A DNA stretch of 64,000 nt from Dipteris shenzhenensis. Its lineage: Eukaryota. The stretch lies in the NCBI GenBank assembly GCA_047967505.1, contig CM106538.1. The stretch is one strand, 5' to 3'. Numbering within the stretch: the first letter of the stretch is position 1; each line of letters starts with the position of its first letter. Below the pieces are notes generated by a model. That model worked only from the letters and a program-made list of their open reading frames with translations, was not told the origin of the DNA and made no database searches. The translations under genes were made by a program, and so were the position numbers. Below are positions 24,540 to 37,349 of the stretch, piece by piece.

Positions 24540-26170
24540 ATGAATCTCATGGGCCTAGATGTCCCAAACGATGGAAGACCCATGAGAACTGAGGAAATTG
24601 AGGGTCCTTGTGGTGGGAGCCTGAACGCTCATGGGTGGAGGAGGATGTAGAACTGCCTGTGAGTGCTGCTGAAGGATAGTCCACTACACTATGACCTGGA
24701 CCAGAAGATCCCTGAGCGAACGATGAACCCATGCTAGCAGCTACTAATAGGCAGGTGGACGGACTTCAGACTGTTGATGCCGTAAAAGCATTGCTTCTGG
24801 GTCTCATAACCGCTAATCCTCCGATGCTACCAACTCTACATGATGTGGGCTTGATGCACAGCTTCCTCAAGGCGGTCTTGTTCCAACAGGAGATGAAAAC
24901 AGTTCAATGCCATAGCTTCTTCCTTTTTCTTCTTTGCCTGACCAGGCTCATTTTGGATCTCATGCTAGATCAGGAGCTACTTGGAAAGGAGTCCATTTTG
25001 CTCCTTGAGCACTCGAATGAAAGCTACAACATTGGACGGGCCCATGTTAGGTGATGCTGGACCCATCAATTGTTGCAACAACTACTGACAAAAAAAATCC
25101 TCGCTCATTTTGCTGCTCTAATAAATGCACACGAGTGACAAAGGGAGCCAACCCAATGTGCAATGAAGGAAGGGAGAGAGAGGCTAATGGAGTAGTGTGC
25201 TGCCACTTGTCCGGGGACAAAATAGAAAACAACCATTTACCCTTCTTTGCCGACTACATCCCCGTTCTTGTGCCTGTTGCAGGCTTCAAGATCCGTGAAG
25301 GATATTCCAAGCCTCGTTGTGAATGCTGGGACTCCCTTCTTCAGATCCAAAAGAGCCATGGTGCTCTGATACCAATATAACATGCAGAGACTTCTACCAT
25401 GCCATGAAGAAAGGGTTAATGAATGCATGAAGAAAGAATACATCGCACACCGGATGTCTTTAATGCTTTGTACACATGCTTATTTCTGATTACAAAAGCT
25501 GGAAACAATGCATGTTAATCACTGACTGTACATGGATACAAAACTGAATACAAAATGGATACAGATCAATGTATCAAGCTGATGCTATGCTGCTACAAAA
25601 CTGACTGAGATATCCCCAATGGATGCATAAGCTGAGCATACTTGGGACAAATCTGATGCAGGAAACTGTGCAGCAACTGGGCAACGTGAAGATGAGCAGC
25701 TGCATGGGAACTGCTGGATACGCCAGTGGAGTAGCTGTGGGAGAGAAGCGCCCTGCTGCAGCTCCAAACGGTGACTGAAAATGTGTCTGCATGTGTGAAC
25801 TAAGGGGCAGAAATGGTGCATTTATAGGTGCAGGAAAGGGCCCAGTAGGCAGGCCATGGCCGGCCCCCAGTAGGTGGTCTGTGAATTCGCAGCCATTTTC
25901 GGCTGGTCGAATCTAGCCAGGTTTAGATGGCCGCTTGCTACTGTTTGGTGGCCCCTATTGGTGCACTATATGCTGCATTTGATCCAAATTTGATTGCCCT
26001 TTATTGCCCTTCCCAATGCTGCAGCACACATGGCACCTCTTCTAGCTGTTTGATGCAGAGTTTTTGTCTTTTCAAAACTCCCTTCTGGAGGTGGTAACTA
26101 GTGGCAAAGACCCAACTGTTTGTCTAGCCACTATATCTCCATGCACCTGACACAGGGGTACAAGTGACAG
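24540..26170 (-). mobile_element. LTR retrotransposon 5' remnant (LTR ~25376-26170, PBS, leader/gag-like region)
   Basis: Reverse-complement PBS GCTCTGATACCA at 25363-25374; minus-strand CCTATAAAT near 25825; a second PBS-like site near 24300-24311. Confidence 0.6.
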
Positions 26171-26889
26171 AAGTTCAACGGTGAGCCATACATTTGCTCC
26201 TTTTTCTCAGGTGTATTGCAGTAGTACCAATTGGGGTCTTTATATAGGGGAGGGTTTGGTCTACCCCTGTTCAAATCTGGCCTACTGGAAGAGCATAGAT
26301 CTGGCTGATCCAACGGGCTTTCCAATCTGTAAATGACAAGTTTTACGTCAACCAACCCTACAGATTGCCCTTCATCACCCCCACCAGCAATCTGCCCCAG
26401 ACTTGTGGTCCCATGTGCTGGCAACTTTCTATCTGCATGGCCTTTTGCTATGCCACTTCTGTTGCAGGTCTCCCAAACTCTTCTTCAGAAGAACTTGTAG
26501 CAACACCCCAACTGATCCCTTTCTGGTAAATCTGGAACTCCTCACAGCTATCTTCAGAACCAACCTGTTGTTGAGCTCCATTCAGGTCCCAATCCCAAGC
26601 CTTCCAAGGTAACATGTGATCCCTCCTGTTCGCTGTTCAGAATCATGCCGTTGGTCCACTGCAGCCCGAGAATATTTTGAACAGTTTGCGCTATCTCAGT
26701 TGCGTGCAGCTCCCAAATGGCTATCTGGGCAACCCATCCATCGTGCGGGCCTGTATGCAGTGTCTTTAGACTGCTTTGACTCCTTTTGTAGTCCGTATGG
26801 CTGTGTAGGGCAGCCTTCTTTAGCCACAATCTGAGTCAAAACAGCCGCAAACTGTTTTGGGCGGGAAAGAGGAGAAGATACCAGATGGT

Positions 26890-27230
26890 GGTGGTAATGG
26901 TATAAATGGATGCAGGAGGGCGTACCTCCCACTGCTGTCACATGTATTTGCATCTTGAAAGCTTGTGGTAGCATCCGATCCATAGTAAAAGTCCAAGAAA
27001 CACACCTTGAGAATGATAGACTGAAATTGGAAAGAGATCATTTTGTTGGCAGCAACTTGGCTGGTGTGTATGCCAAGTTTGGATTCCTTGTGGGATCAAG
27101 CGATGTATTTTGACAGGCTTGTGCTCACAAGGTAGTCTTATGAACTGCAATAATTGGAGCATATGTTGAATATGGGCTTTGTGAGGAAGTGCTAAACTGT
27201 TTTGAACGTATGCAACTGGGGAGTGTCTCG
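26890..27230 (+). pseudogene. PLS-class pentatricopeptide repeat (PPR) gene fragment
   Basis: MQEGVPPTAVTCICILKACGSI...DHFVGSNLAGVYAKFG...DVF then V.L*TAIIGAYVEYGLCEEVLNCFERMQ, i.e. L-S-P motifs with stops and a frameshift. Confidence 0.85.
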
Positions 27231-27845
27231 ATGAGTGATCCTAGAGTTCTCTCCCTTGTTTGGGCTTTGCAGGCCATGCCTGGCCATGTGGCAAGCTGCC
27301 ACTAGCCCAGCCTCTCTTGCCGTGAGCCTGACTTGCTTCAAGTCCATTTTACTGGCCCAATCCTTGCCCCTTTCCATTGCATACCAACCCAAGCCACATC
27401 TGCCCTTGTACTAGCACTTGTGCAGCCTTAGATCTAATGCTCTGTTTTTGTGGAGCCGTTGGTGCTGATCCATACCATAGGTATGTCCGATCCTGACTGT
27501 GGTCTAGCAACTCCATGCTGTTGTCTCTTCTGGACCTGCCATGTCAACAGACTGAATCCATATGGTTCTTTTTAGTCTCCTCTCCCAGGTTGTAACAGTT
27601 CTGAGCCATCTATAGGAGTTGGCACGTGTTGGTTTACGGATTAAACATCATCACGAGGAGGTGCCTATGGTATGGATGCCTATATCAAAATAGAGCAAAA
27701 AATTCAAGGTTGCACAAGTGTAGGCAAAAATCAATGAGCCGGAAAATATTACGTTTGACTCGTATGCCGGTATGGAAACTCTAGAACAAGGTTAAGAGAT
27801 TCATGCAACTATGACTAGCAACAAATAGGAGTCACATGGATGTGT

Positions 27846-28212
27846 CCAGGGTTCGAAAATGGTGGCTGACGTTATCAATAAGAGATTACAGGCGGGAATC
27901 TATGGTTTGGTACTGGCTTTGGGCATCCTGCTCCATGTTTGTGTTGTAATCATGGGCTTCTCCATTCAGTTTATGGCAAGCAGTCCTCTATTTTAGTTCG
28001 TGGCCCCTTGTGCTACGTCTATTCAGCTGCTTCTACAGGGTTTGTCTCCTATGCCAGGTTTTGAAAATGGTGGCTATCGTTATTAATAAGGGATTACAAA
28101 CAAGAATCTATGGTTTGGTACTGGCTTTGGGCATCCTGCTCCCTGTTTATGTTGTAATCATGGACTTCTCCATTCAGTTTATGGCAAGCAGTCCTCTATT
28201 TTAGTTCATGGC
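27846..28212 (+). pseudogene. Tandemly duplicated fragment of a hydrophobic, membrane-protein-like coding exon
   Basis: Two ~155-bp copies starting near 27846 and 28054, encoding MV..VINK.LQ..IYGLVLALGILL.V.VVIM.FSIQFMASSPLF. Confidence 0.5.
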
Positions 28213-28831
28213 CTTCTTGGGCTTGCACTCTTAGTAAGCCTCCCGAGAGATCCTCTGACCTTTGTCAACCTGCGTGTTCAAGCTCCAGAGAGTGTTGTGA
28301 AGTATCCTTGGCCTCCCTGCTGCTCTCAATGCAGCCCAAACCTGAGGCAAGATGGATGCTGATCACTGGCCTCCGTGCTGCGCGCAAGATAATACCTTGG
28401 CCCCATCGATGGGGCCCTGTTATAGGGCAAATGCCCACCTGATCAAGCCAACCACAATCTGTGTAGATACCCGACAAACGAGCCCTATGCCAATGGCCTA
28501 CCACATGACAGGAACCTGCTAGCCCAATGAAACTCGTTACTCCTTGCAAACTGCTCATGTCCATTATTTGCAGTCTACCAACCTGTCCTCCTTCTGCAAA
28601 GTACCAAGCATGCTTGATTTGTTTCAATCCAATCATTCTCCAAAATCTGCAAACTCGAGCCTCAGAACTTATAAAGTGAGAACCTTGGGACTGCTCCACG
28701 TAGCTCTTCCCAACTGATCCCTTTCAAGTAAATCTGGAACTCCTCACAGAATCACTATCACTTTCTTGGGTGAAGAGATCCAGTGATAGAACGTTCAGGA
28801 GCCACTCTTGTCCGCACCTTTTGGCTAGCTC

Positions 28832-31800
28832 TGTTGAGAGTTCACGCTCAACATCATGTGATCATGTGTGCATAGCACCATCACGTGATCATATGTGCAT
28901 AGTACTAACCTTATAGAGTGCTATAAAGGAAAGGGTTAGATCCCCTAACCCTAACCCTAAAAGGGTTTGTATATATTCTATTTTTTCAACTAAATCTAGT
29001 GTACAGTTAGTCATTTGTGGTGTGCTCTCTAGCTGTGCCCTCTCTCCTCATCTCCACTCTTCTCCTCTCCCCTCTTCATATTTTGTCATGGTATCAGAGC
29101 GTGATTCTGCCTTCCGCTGAGGCACCATCCTTCTTGTGAGAGAGAGATTGAGAGTTCTCTTGAGTGTTCTCCGTGAGAGTCCACTTCCGGTGAGAGATCT
29201 TCATCTATCATTTGAAAGAAAATTTTCGTCTATCCATTTTGAGAGAGATTTTGAGTGTTCATTCTTGTGAGAAAGAGTTTCTTTATGAGGGATCTCCATT
29301 GAGTGAGAGAGATCTACTTTGTGAGAGGTTCATGAGTGCTTTCTTCTCTGAGAGATAGGAAGAGATCTCATCAACAAAGCAACCCTGCGACTTACAGAGC
29401 TCCTACAACAGCTCAAGGGCCAAAAGGTTCTCTTAGTAAACCTCTACCTAAGGCTCGAATCTGTGCCTCCTACAACGCCTTCAGCAAACAAAGGCTCTTC
29501 AATGGAACTGCAATAGCAACCCCTCAGAGTTCAGAGGCATTGCAGATTGATTCAGTGGGCAGATAGCATTTAATTTCACACATACATGCCACCATTGTAA
29601 AGCCTATTCGGCTATCTCACAGCATCGTGCACATCATTTTCAGCCTTGTAAAGCCTCTTGGCTATTCCCAGCATCATTGTCACAAGCCTTGTAACACAGA
29701 TCAGATTTTATATACTACAGTTCTATCTTCACCGACGGTACAGAGATTTCACTTGGCATCTTCAGTGTATTTGCAGTTGATTCATACAGAGATTTTCAGG
29801 ACACTTTTTGAGTACATTTTTTGCACCATGTCGACTAGCAACCTCAATCTGGAGGCATCTGCTAAGTTAGACAACTCCAATTATGGTACATGGAAATACC
29901 TAATGGAGACCATTCTTGTGCTTCAGGACAAATGGGAGTATGTTGATGGGTCTACACCTAGACCATTGGACAATCCAGCCACCAGTAGCTCCACTCCATC
30001 TGTTGTCACAGCACCAGCAACGGAATCTACATAGGGATCTACATCTACACAAACAGTAGCAGTAGTAGATCCTGCCATTGCCCGAGCTCAAGCAGAATGG
30101 GATAAGAAAGACAAGTATGCCTATTACCTGATCAAGCAGAATGTGCAAGATATCATGCTAGGACAACTCAACACAGTCAAGACATCAAAAGAAGCATGGG
30201 ATATGTTCGCAGCTCTCTACGAGTCCAAGAACACATCCAAGATTCTCACCCTGAGAAACCAGATCAACCAGAGTTTCCGCAACAGCAGTGAAATCGGTCA
30301 TGCTTATGTACTCCGCATCAAAGACTACAACAATCAACTTGCAGCAGCAGGAGAGACTATGAACCTCGCAGAAATGGTTCAAGTAATCTTGAATGGACTA
30401 GGAGAGGGATACGAGAATCTAGTCCAGAGTATTGCCATCCAACGGCAAATTCCGACACTGGAAGAACTTCAGTCAGTCCTACTTAGTGAAGAACTCAGGA
30501 CTCAGGCCATTCAAGCACGTAAAGGTCATTCTAATGATCAGGCATTCACAGCTTCAGAGAGAAGCAGAGGCAAAGGAAGAAACAGAGGTAGATCATATCA
30601 GAAAAGGGGTCATCATCAACAAAATCAAAGTCAGAATCAGCATCAGCATCAGCAACATCGAAATCAGCAAAGAGGAAATCATTCCAACCGAGGAAGATTC
30701 CAAGGACGAGGGAATGCATCTACCAATGTGTCAAACATTCAGTGCAACTACTGTCACAAGTTTGGACACTATGAAAGAGATTGCCGCAAGAAGCAGTACG
30801 ACCAAGGCGGTCAATCCAGCAGTAACCGAGGAAATTCCCGAGGAAGAGGAAATCATCGTGGTGGACATTCTAGTCATAGTCATTTTGCAAATGAACATGG
30901 AGATATGTTTCTTGCAAGTGAGGAATTGCATCAGACTGATACAATGCACCTAGACACTGATTTCAATCCCAAAGAGGATTACAGCTATTAAGTCGACCAA
31001 GTGGAACAGGATCCTTGGTACATCGATAGCGGTGCATCATCTCATATGACAAATCATCAGGAATGGTTCACAGACATGAAGCCATTAGAAGGACAGAAAA
31101 ATGTCATCTACACAGCAGATAATATACCGAATCTAGTTCAAGGGACAAGTGTTATCCCTATGAACAATTTCACTGGTACAAAAGGATTAGTCAAAGATGT
31201 GCTCTATGTTCCGAAGGTCAGCAAGAACCTTTTGTCAGTAGGTTAAATGACGGAACACAACTACAAAGTCATCTTCAACGGTGATGAATGCACTATCAGA
31301 GACAAATCCAAAAGATGTCAGCTAGTAGCAAAAGGTGTCAAGAAAGGACGCTTATACAGAATGCTAGCTACAGTACCAGATAAGCATGCCATGTCAGCCC
31401 AAATGCAACAGATGCCACTATTTGCAAAATGGCACAAGAGATATGGTCATGTCAACTTCAAGTACTTGTTAGATCTCAGGAATCAGAATATGGCAATTGG
31501 GATTCTGAAGCTACAGTTTCTTGGAAAGGTTTGTGAAGCATGCTACTTCAGCATTCACTGGACACAAGCCACACATTGGGCATCTCCGCATATTTGGTTG
31601 CATAGCATATGCCCACATACATGATGATCATCGCAGAAAATTGGATGCGAAGTCACACAAATGCATCATGGTTGGCTACAGTGAAGAAAGCAAAGCATAC
31701 AAATTGTATGATCCCATCAACCGCAAAGTCATTATCTCCAGAGATGTAATCTTTGATGAGGAATCAGAATGGAAAACCTCACCTACATAGGAGATAGAAG

Positions 31801-33574
31801 CATCGACTTCACAGTCATCTACAGAACAGGTTGATGAAGAAGAGCAAGAATTGCCAGCAACACCCCAAGCAGAGCCACATCGGCTCAGACGGTCTACTAG
31901 GGAAAGCAGACCTCCAGCCAGATTGACATATGCTCAGAAAGGCAAAGCAATTCAGGTGGAAACCACCAACTATGCTCTTATGACTACCATCATGGCTACA
32001 GAAGAGCCAGTGTACCTCGAAGACGCAGTAGACAAGCCAGAATGGCAAACTGCTATGAATGAAGAAATGGATGCTTTGTATAAAAATAACACTTGGGAAT
32101 TATGCGACCTTCCACCAGGAAAGAAGGCCATAGCAAACAAATGGGTATATAAAGTGAAGTACAATCCAGATGGTAGTATTCAGAGATACAAAGCCAGATT
32201 GCAAAAGGATTTGCACAACAATATGGTCAAGACTATGATGAGACTTATGCTCCAGTAGCAAAGATGGATTCCATATGGTTCTTGATATCACTAGCGACAC
32301 TCAGCAAATGGAATGTGTATCAGCTCGATGTCAAGAATGCATTTCTCAATGGTTATCTAGACGAGGAAGTCTACATGCAACAACTAGCAGGTTATGTTGA
32401 ATTAGGAAAGGAGAACAAGGTTTGCCATCTCAAGAAAAGTCTCTACGGCTTAAAGCAAGCACCCAGAAGTTGGTACAGCAGAATTGACAAGTATTTTGCT
32501 GATCTGGGATACATGAAGTCCAATGCAGATCATACTCTCTACTACAAAGTTCAAGGGGAAGACATTACTATTGTACTTTTGTACGTAGATGATCTGATTG
32601 TGACAGGAAGCAAGGATAGCTTCATTAGAAAATTGAAACAAGACTTATCTGCAGAGTTCGACATGAAAGATCTTGGACTTATGCACTATTGTCTTGGAAT
32701 TGAGTTCTGGAGAGATTCAGATAGCACATTTATGAGTTAGCTCAAGTATGTTGACAGTCTCCTGAAGAAGTTTCATATGGCAGATTGCAAGATTGTAGCC
32801 ACTCCCATGGAACAGAGTTTGAAACTTACTAAAGATTCAGAAAAGCCTACAGTCAATGACAGATACTATAGGCAACTCATCGGATCTCTTATATATCTGA
32901 CAATCACACGGCCAGATATTTGTTATGCAGTAAGCTCACTAGCACAGTTTATGGCAAATCCAAAACAGTCTCACTGGAATGCAACCAAAAGAGTCTTGAG
33001 ATACATCAGAGGTACAAGACAGTTTGGGATAGAATATAGAGGAAGTCATCCACGATTGCATGGATACTATGACAGTGACTATGTCGGAGATCAGGAGACC
33101 AGGAGATCGACACAGGGATATGCATTTTTCCTTGGTCAAGGTGCTATATCATGGTTGTCAAACAAACAGCCAACTATTTCTTTGTCTTCGACTGAAGCAG
33201 AATATAGGGCACTCACTACAGGTGCATGTGAGGCTATATGGCTCAGAAGACTATTGTCAGAAACATATTACTTAGATGAGTCAAAGCCAACAACAATATA
33301 CTGTGACAATCAATTGGCTCAAGCATTGGCCAAAAATCCAGTATATCACTCCAGAACAAAGCACATTGATGTCAGAGAGCACTTCATCAGAGAAAGAGTC
33401 TTACTTAGTAACATCACACTGCAGCATTGTGATAGCAAAGAGAATGTTGCAAACATCTTTACCAAACCACTCGGTAAAGAGCTATTCGAGAAACACCGAC
33501 TAGCTCTTGGTTTGACGCAGAGGAAGGACATTCCCATTAAAGGGGTGTGATGGAATGTAATGCTCAGTCCTTCT
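28832..33574 (+). mobile_element. Copia family A, copy A2 (5' LTR 28832-29088; 3' LTR missing)
   Basis: 257-bp LTR, PBS, short leader and gag-pol; ends 24 bp after the pol stop, fused to Helitron coding sequence. Confidence 0.95.
29828..33550 (+). pseudogene. gag-pol: gag-pol of A2 (gag, protease, GAG-pre-integrase, integrase core deleted, RT, RNase H)
   Basis: CCHC knuckle; WYIDSGASSHMT; WHKRYGHVN; deletion near 31548; QLDVKNAFLNG; LYVDDL; IYCDNQ; RTKHIDV; several stops. Confidence 0.95.
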
Positions 33575-33576
33575 GA

Positions 33577-36500
33577 CCATTCCTCTATCCTTTTGGATAT
33601 GATGCTCATGACGGCAAGATGTTCTTCAATGTATATTTAAAAATGAGAATATCAACATTGTTCTCCGTGTTCACTCTTTACAAACCATACTTGTTATTGA
33701 TGTACCAAATACGTCAATCTATTTTAATAGCAAACTCTACTCAAACTACATTATTACAAACAGATATTGACCAACAAAGACGACAAGATCCAAGAATATC
33801 TGAACAAGAGATAATTAGACATATTCTTAAGTTTCAGATACCAAATTCTATTCTTGGATCTCCTTCATGGCACTGTAGAAACTTAAAAGATCTAATGGCA
33901 ATGGTTGGCACATGGGGCCTTCCCAATATATTCCTTACACTTACTGCAGATGAGGTATCAACCACAAGATGGTGTGAAATCGATCAAATAGAAACCATTG
34001 CTAAACAATTCAATAAAAACTTCACATGGAGAGATTGTCCAGTTGAATGCGTAGTGCTCTTCCATGTTAGATTGCAACAATTCTTAGCAAGATATATTCT
34101 GTGCGATAAAGGACTACTAGGTAGAGTCAACCATCACATCATAAGATATGAGGTACAAAATAGAGGATCTATGCATGCACACATGATGCTATGGACAGAT
34201 GCACAAGACATAGATCAAACCAGATAGATGCACATATCCCTCACATGAATGATTTTAATAACTGGCCAGAGAATTCAATTCAAAGAAAGCTTAACTATAT
34301 GGTAAAGAGAAAACAAATCCACACATGTAGGCCAACATGCAATCTATTTGACTCAACCACAAACCACAAATGCAAATACGGATTTCCATATCCAATACAT
34401 TTAGATACTAAACCTACTATAGATCCTCTCACACAAAGATGGATCTACTTCCGTCCATCACTAGAACATCGTAATGTCGTTCCATACCATGCAGGAATAT
34501 TACTCTTGTGGCAAGCACATATGAATATTCAGAAAATAACAAACACATGCCTCTCATATTACCTTCTAAAATATGCTATGAAAACCGAACCCATGGGACA
34601 CATGAACTTGAATCCTGGTGATGCGAAACTTCTAGGACTAGATAATCTAGATCCAATTAAATTAAAAATGATATCTGCATACATTCTTTCAAAGCCAACA
34701 TCTCCAACAGAGGCAGCATTGTCATGCTTACAAATATCTACCATTCAAAGAAGCGAATCTGTACATTTCATTGACTCCTCTCCCCCATCTATGCGCGAAA
34801 AATACCTTCGTGAACATTGTGTTTCTATAATGCATCCTATAGATGCATATTGCGATCGTCCAAGTGTCATGGAGAACTTGACCTTCTATGAATTCTGGAA
34901 AAAATACAATGTCCAAAAGTCAAAGAAAAAAAACAAAGATAACATAATTATCATAGATTCTTTTGGAAATTATGTATATCCATCAACACGGATCGTACGT
35001 TTCACAGATTACCACCCTGCTCATCATTTTGAAGGATTTTTTTACAACCTTCTACTAAAGAACGTAAATTTTAGAAATGAGAATGAGCTCATTTCTGAAA
35101 ACAATCATACAAAATCTTACTTCTTAGAATGCCATATCCGAGACCTTGTAAAAACAGAAGAAGACATCGAAACTCTTATCGATCAATATTGCAAAGTGCA
35201 CTTGCTAATAGATCAAAATTGCCACCAACTAACAAACATGATACTCCAAAAAAGCCCATTACGTGTTATTCAGAACTCCTTCATGGCTTCAACTGACCTT
35301 CATGAAGATACCAATATACATAACACAACACGCACAAAATTACTTCAAATGATGAACGAGTTTAAGGATTTCGAAAATGCAACTCTTTCTTCTAAACAAC
35401 AAGAAATTTACGAAAAGATAAATGCATCACCCACAGGACTTCATGTCATTTGTGGTACTCCTGGTTCAGGAAAGACATTTATGATCAAGTACATTACTTA
35501 TAGTTATGTAAAATAAGGAAAATCGATTGTTCTAGCAACAGCAACAGGAGTTGCTGCAATGAGACTAAGTCGATTAGTAACTACTGTCCATCATCAGTTT
35601 GCTCTACCAAAGAGACATGATATGTTCTTTGCCTCCTTACCAGTGTCAGACGAATGATACATAGAATTGCAAAATGTAGAAATCATAATAATTGATGAGA
35701 TCTCAATGATGACATGCCAAACATTAAACACAGTAATCAGACAACTGTGCGAAACTTACAAGCAAATAATCTTGCATCCTTTTGAAAATAAAAAGATGCT
35801 CTTATTCGGAGATATGTCCCAGTTACCTCCAGTATGCAAATGCAAGGTGCAAGAAATTGAATTCTGTAGAAAATGCTATATTGAAAACTCGGGTTTCTGG
35901 ACAACTGCAACCTTTTCATTCCTTCACACATCAATACGTCACCTAGAAGATCCAACATACATAGAATTCTTAAACATAATTAGAATAAGACAACCAATAG
36001 TAGAAGAGATTCAGTATTACCTAGGTAATTTAATCATAAGTGATAGCGAAGCAAACGATTTCATTAACAAGGACACAACTATATTGTGCACCCATCAAAA
36101 AGACACACGATACTATAATGAGCTCATACTACATAAGAAATTCAAAGAGCATCAAATTAAAAGCGTCACCGTAACATCCAATGCATATCAAATCTTAGAA
36201 TTAAAAGAATGGATAATGGATCCAAATTTCCACTCCATACAACAAATAGCAATAGGAGCGATAGTAGAAGAGATTCAGTATTACCTAGGTAATTTAATCA
36301 TAAGTGATAGTGAAGCAAACGATTTCATTAACAAGGACACAACTATATTGTGCACCCATCAAAAAGACACACGATACTATAATGAGCTCATACTACATAA
36401 GAAATTCAAAGAGCATCAAATTAAAAGCGTCACCGTAACATCCAATGCATATCAAATCTTAGAATTAAAAGAATGGATAATGGTCCATACAACAAATAGC

Positions 36501-36895
36501 AATAGGAGCGAAAGTGATGATCACAGAAAATATAGATCTCACAATCGGAGCTACAAATGGCGCTATTGCAAGTGTCATATCACTAGAAATAGATAATAAC
36601 ACAAACAACATTTTAAAAACTCATGCCAAGATCTTATCAACAAATGAAAAAATCACACTAAGACGATCAAAACATAAATGGAAGGTATTAAACTCAATAT
36701 GGTATCACAAAACAACTTTTTAAATCACACTAGCATATGCAATTACGGGACACAAGTCACAAGGATGCACACTCAAAGGAAAGGCTCTTGTAGTAATACA
36801 AAAATCATTTGCACCAGGACTAACATGTCATGCTTTCACGAGTCACCACTCGAAAGAACTTAAGAATCTTAAATAAAATCAAATCCTTTTATTAA
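33577..36895 (+). pseudogene. Helitron-like Rep-PIF1 helicase (Helentron/Helitron2 type), 5'-truncated
   Basis: HUH Rep motifs FLTLTAD, YEVQNRGSMHAHMMLW, YYLLKYAMK; PIF1 motifs GTPGSGKT, IIIDEISM, FGDMSQLPPV, LAYAITGHKSQGCTL; frameshifts near 34220 and 36484; stops at 35514, 35656 and 36721. Confidence 0.92.
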
Positions 36896-36990
36896 ATATT
36901 CATCATTTAAGAGAAAATAAACTTTTGATATACAAACTTATATGCAGGATCTATCAAAAAACTTATTTGAAGAACAACCAACAATAAAAT

Positions 36991-37349
36991 ATGGCAACAT
37001 CAGATGAGGTACGTTTTCAATATTAAGCATTGTAGTATTTCTTCACATTAGTTTATATTCTAATTTATAATAGATTACTATTTCGCAGATCTTTAATCAA
37101 TTCAAAAGTAAAGCCCGATTGGCTCAACAAGATCAAGAGAAATCAACAAAAAGAACAAAGGGACAAAATTACTTCTTGTATACAGCTCAAATGCGTCTTG
37201 CAAACATGGCTGGAAAGGAACCAAATGAATACATTTATGGATGGAGCACACTGCAAGACCTTAGGAATTTCATGGATAACAATCAACATGAAGTACAACA
37301 ATGGAAGGCAGAACAAAAACCTTCGAAGATCTGGAGCACGATATGCTAG
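36991..37349 (+). other. Putative spliced small ORF downstream of the helicase; 3' end replaced by UGT sequence
   Basis: ATG-GCA-ACA-TCA-GAT-GAG, AT-rich GT...CAG intron 37009-37088, second exon from 37089 in frame with ORF 37119-37349. Confidence 0.5.
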
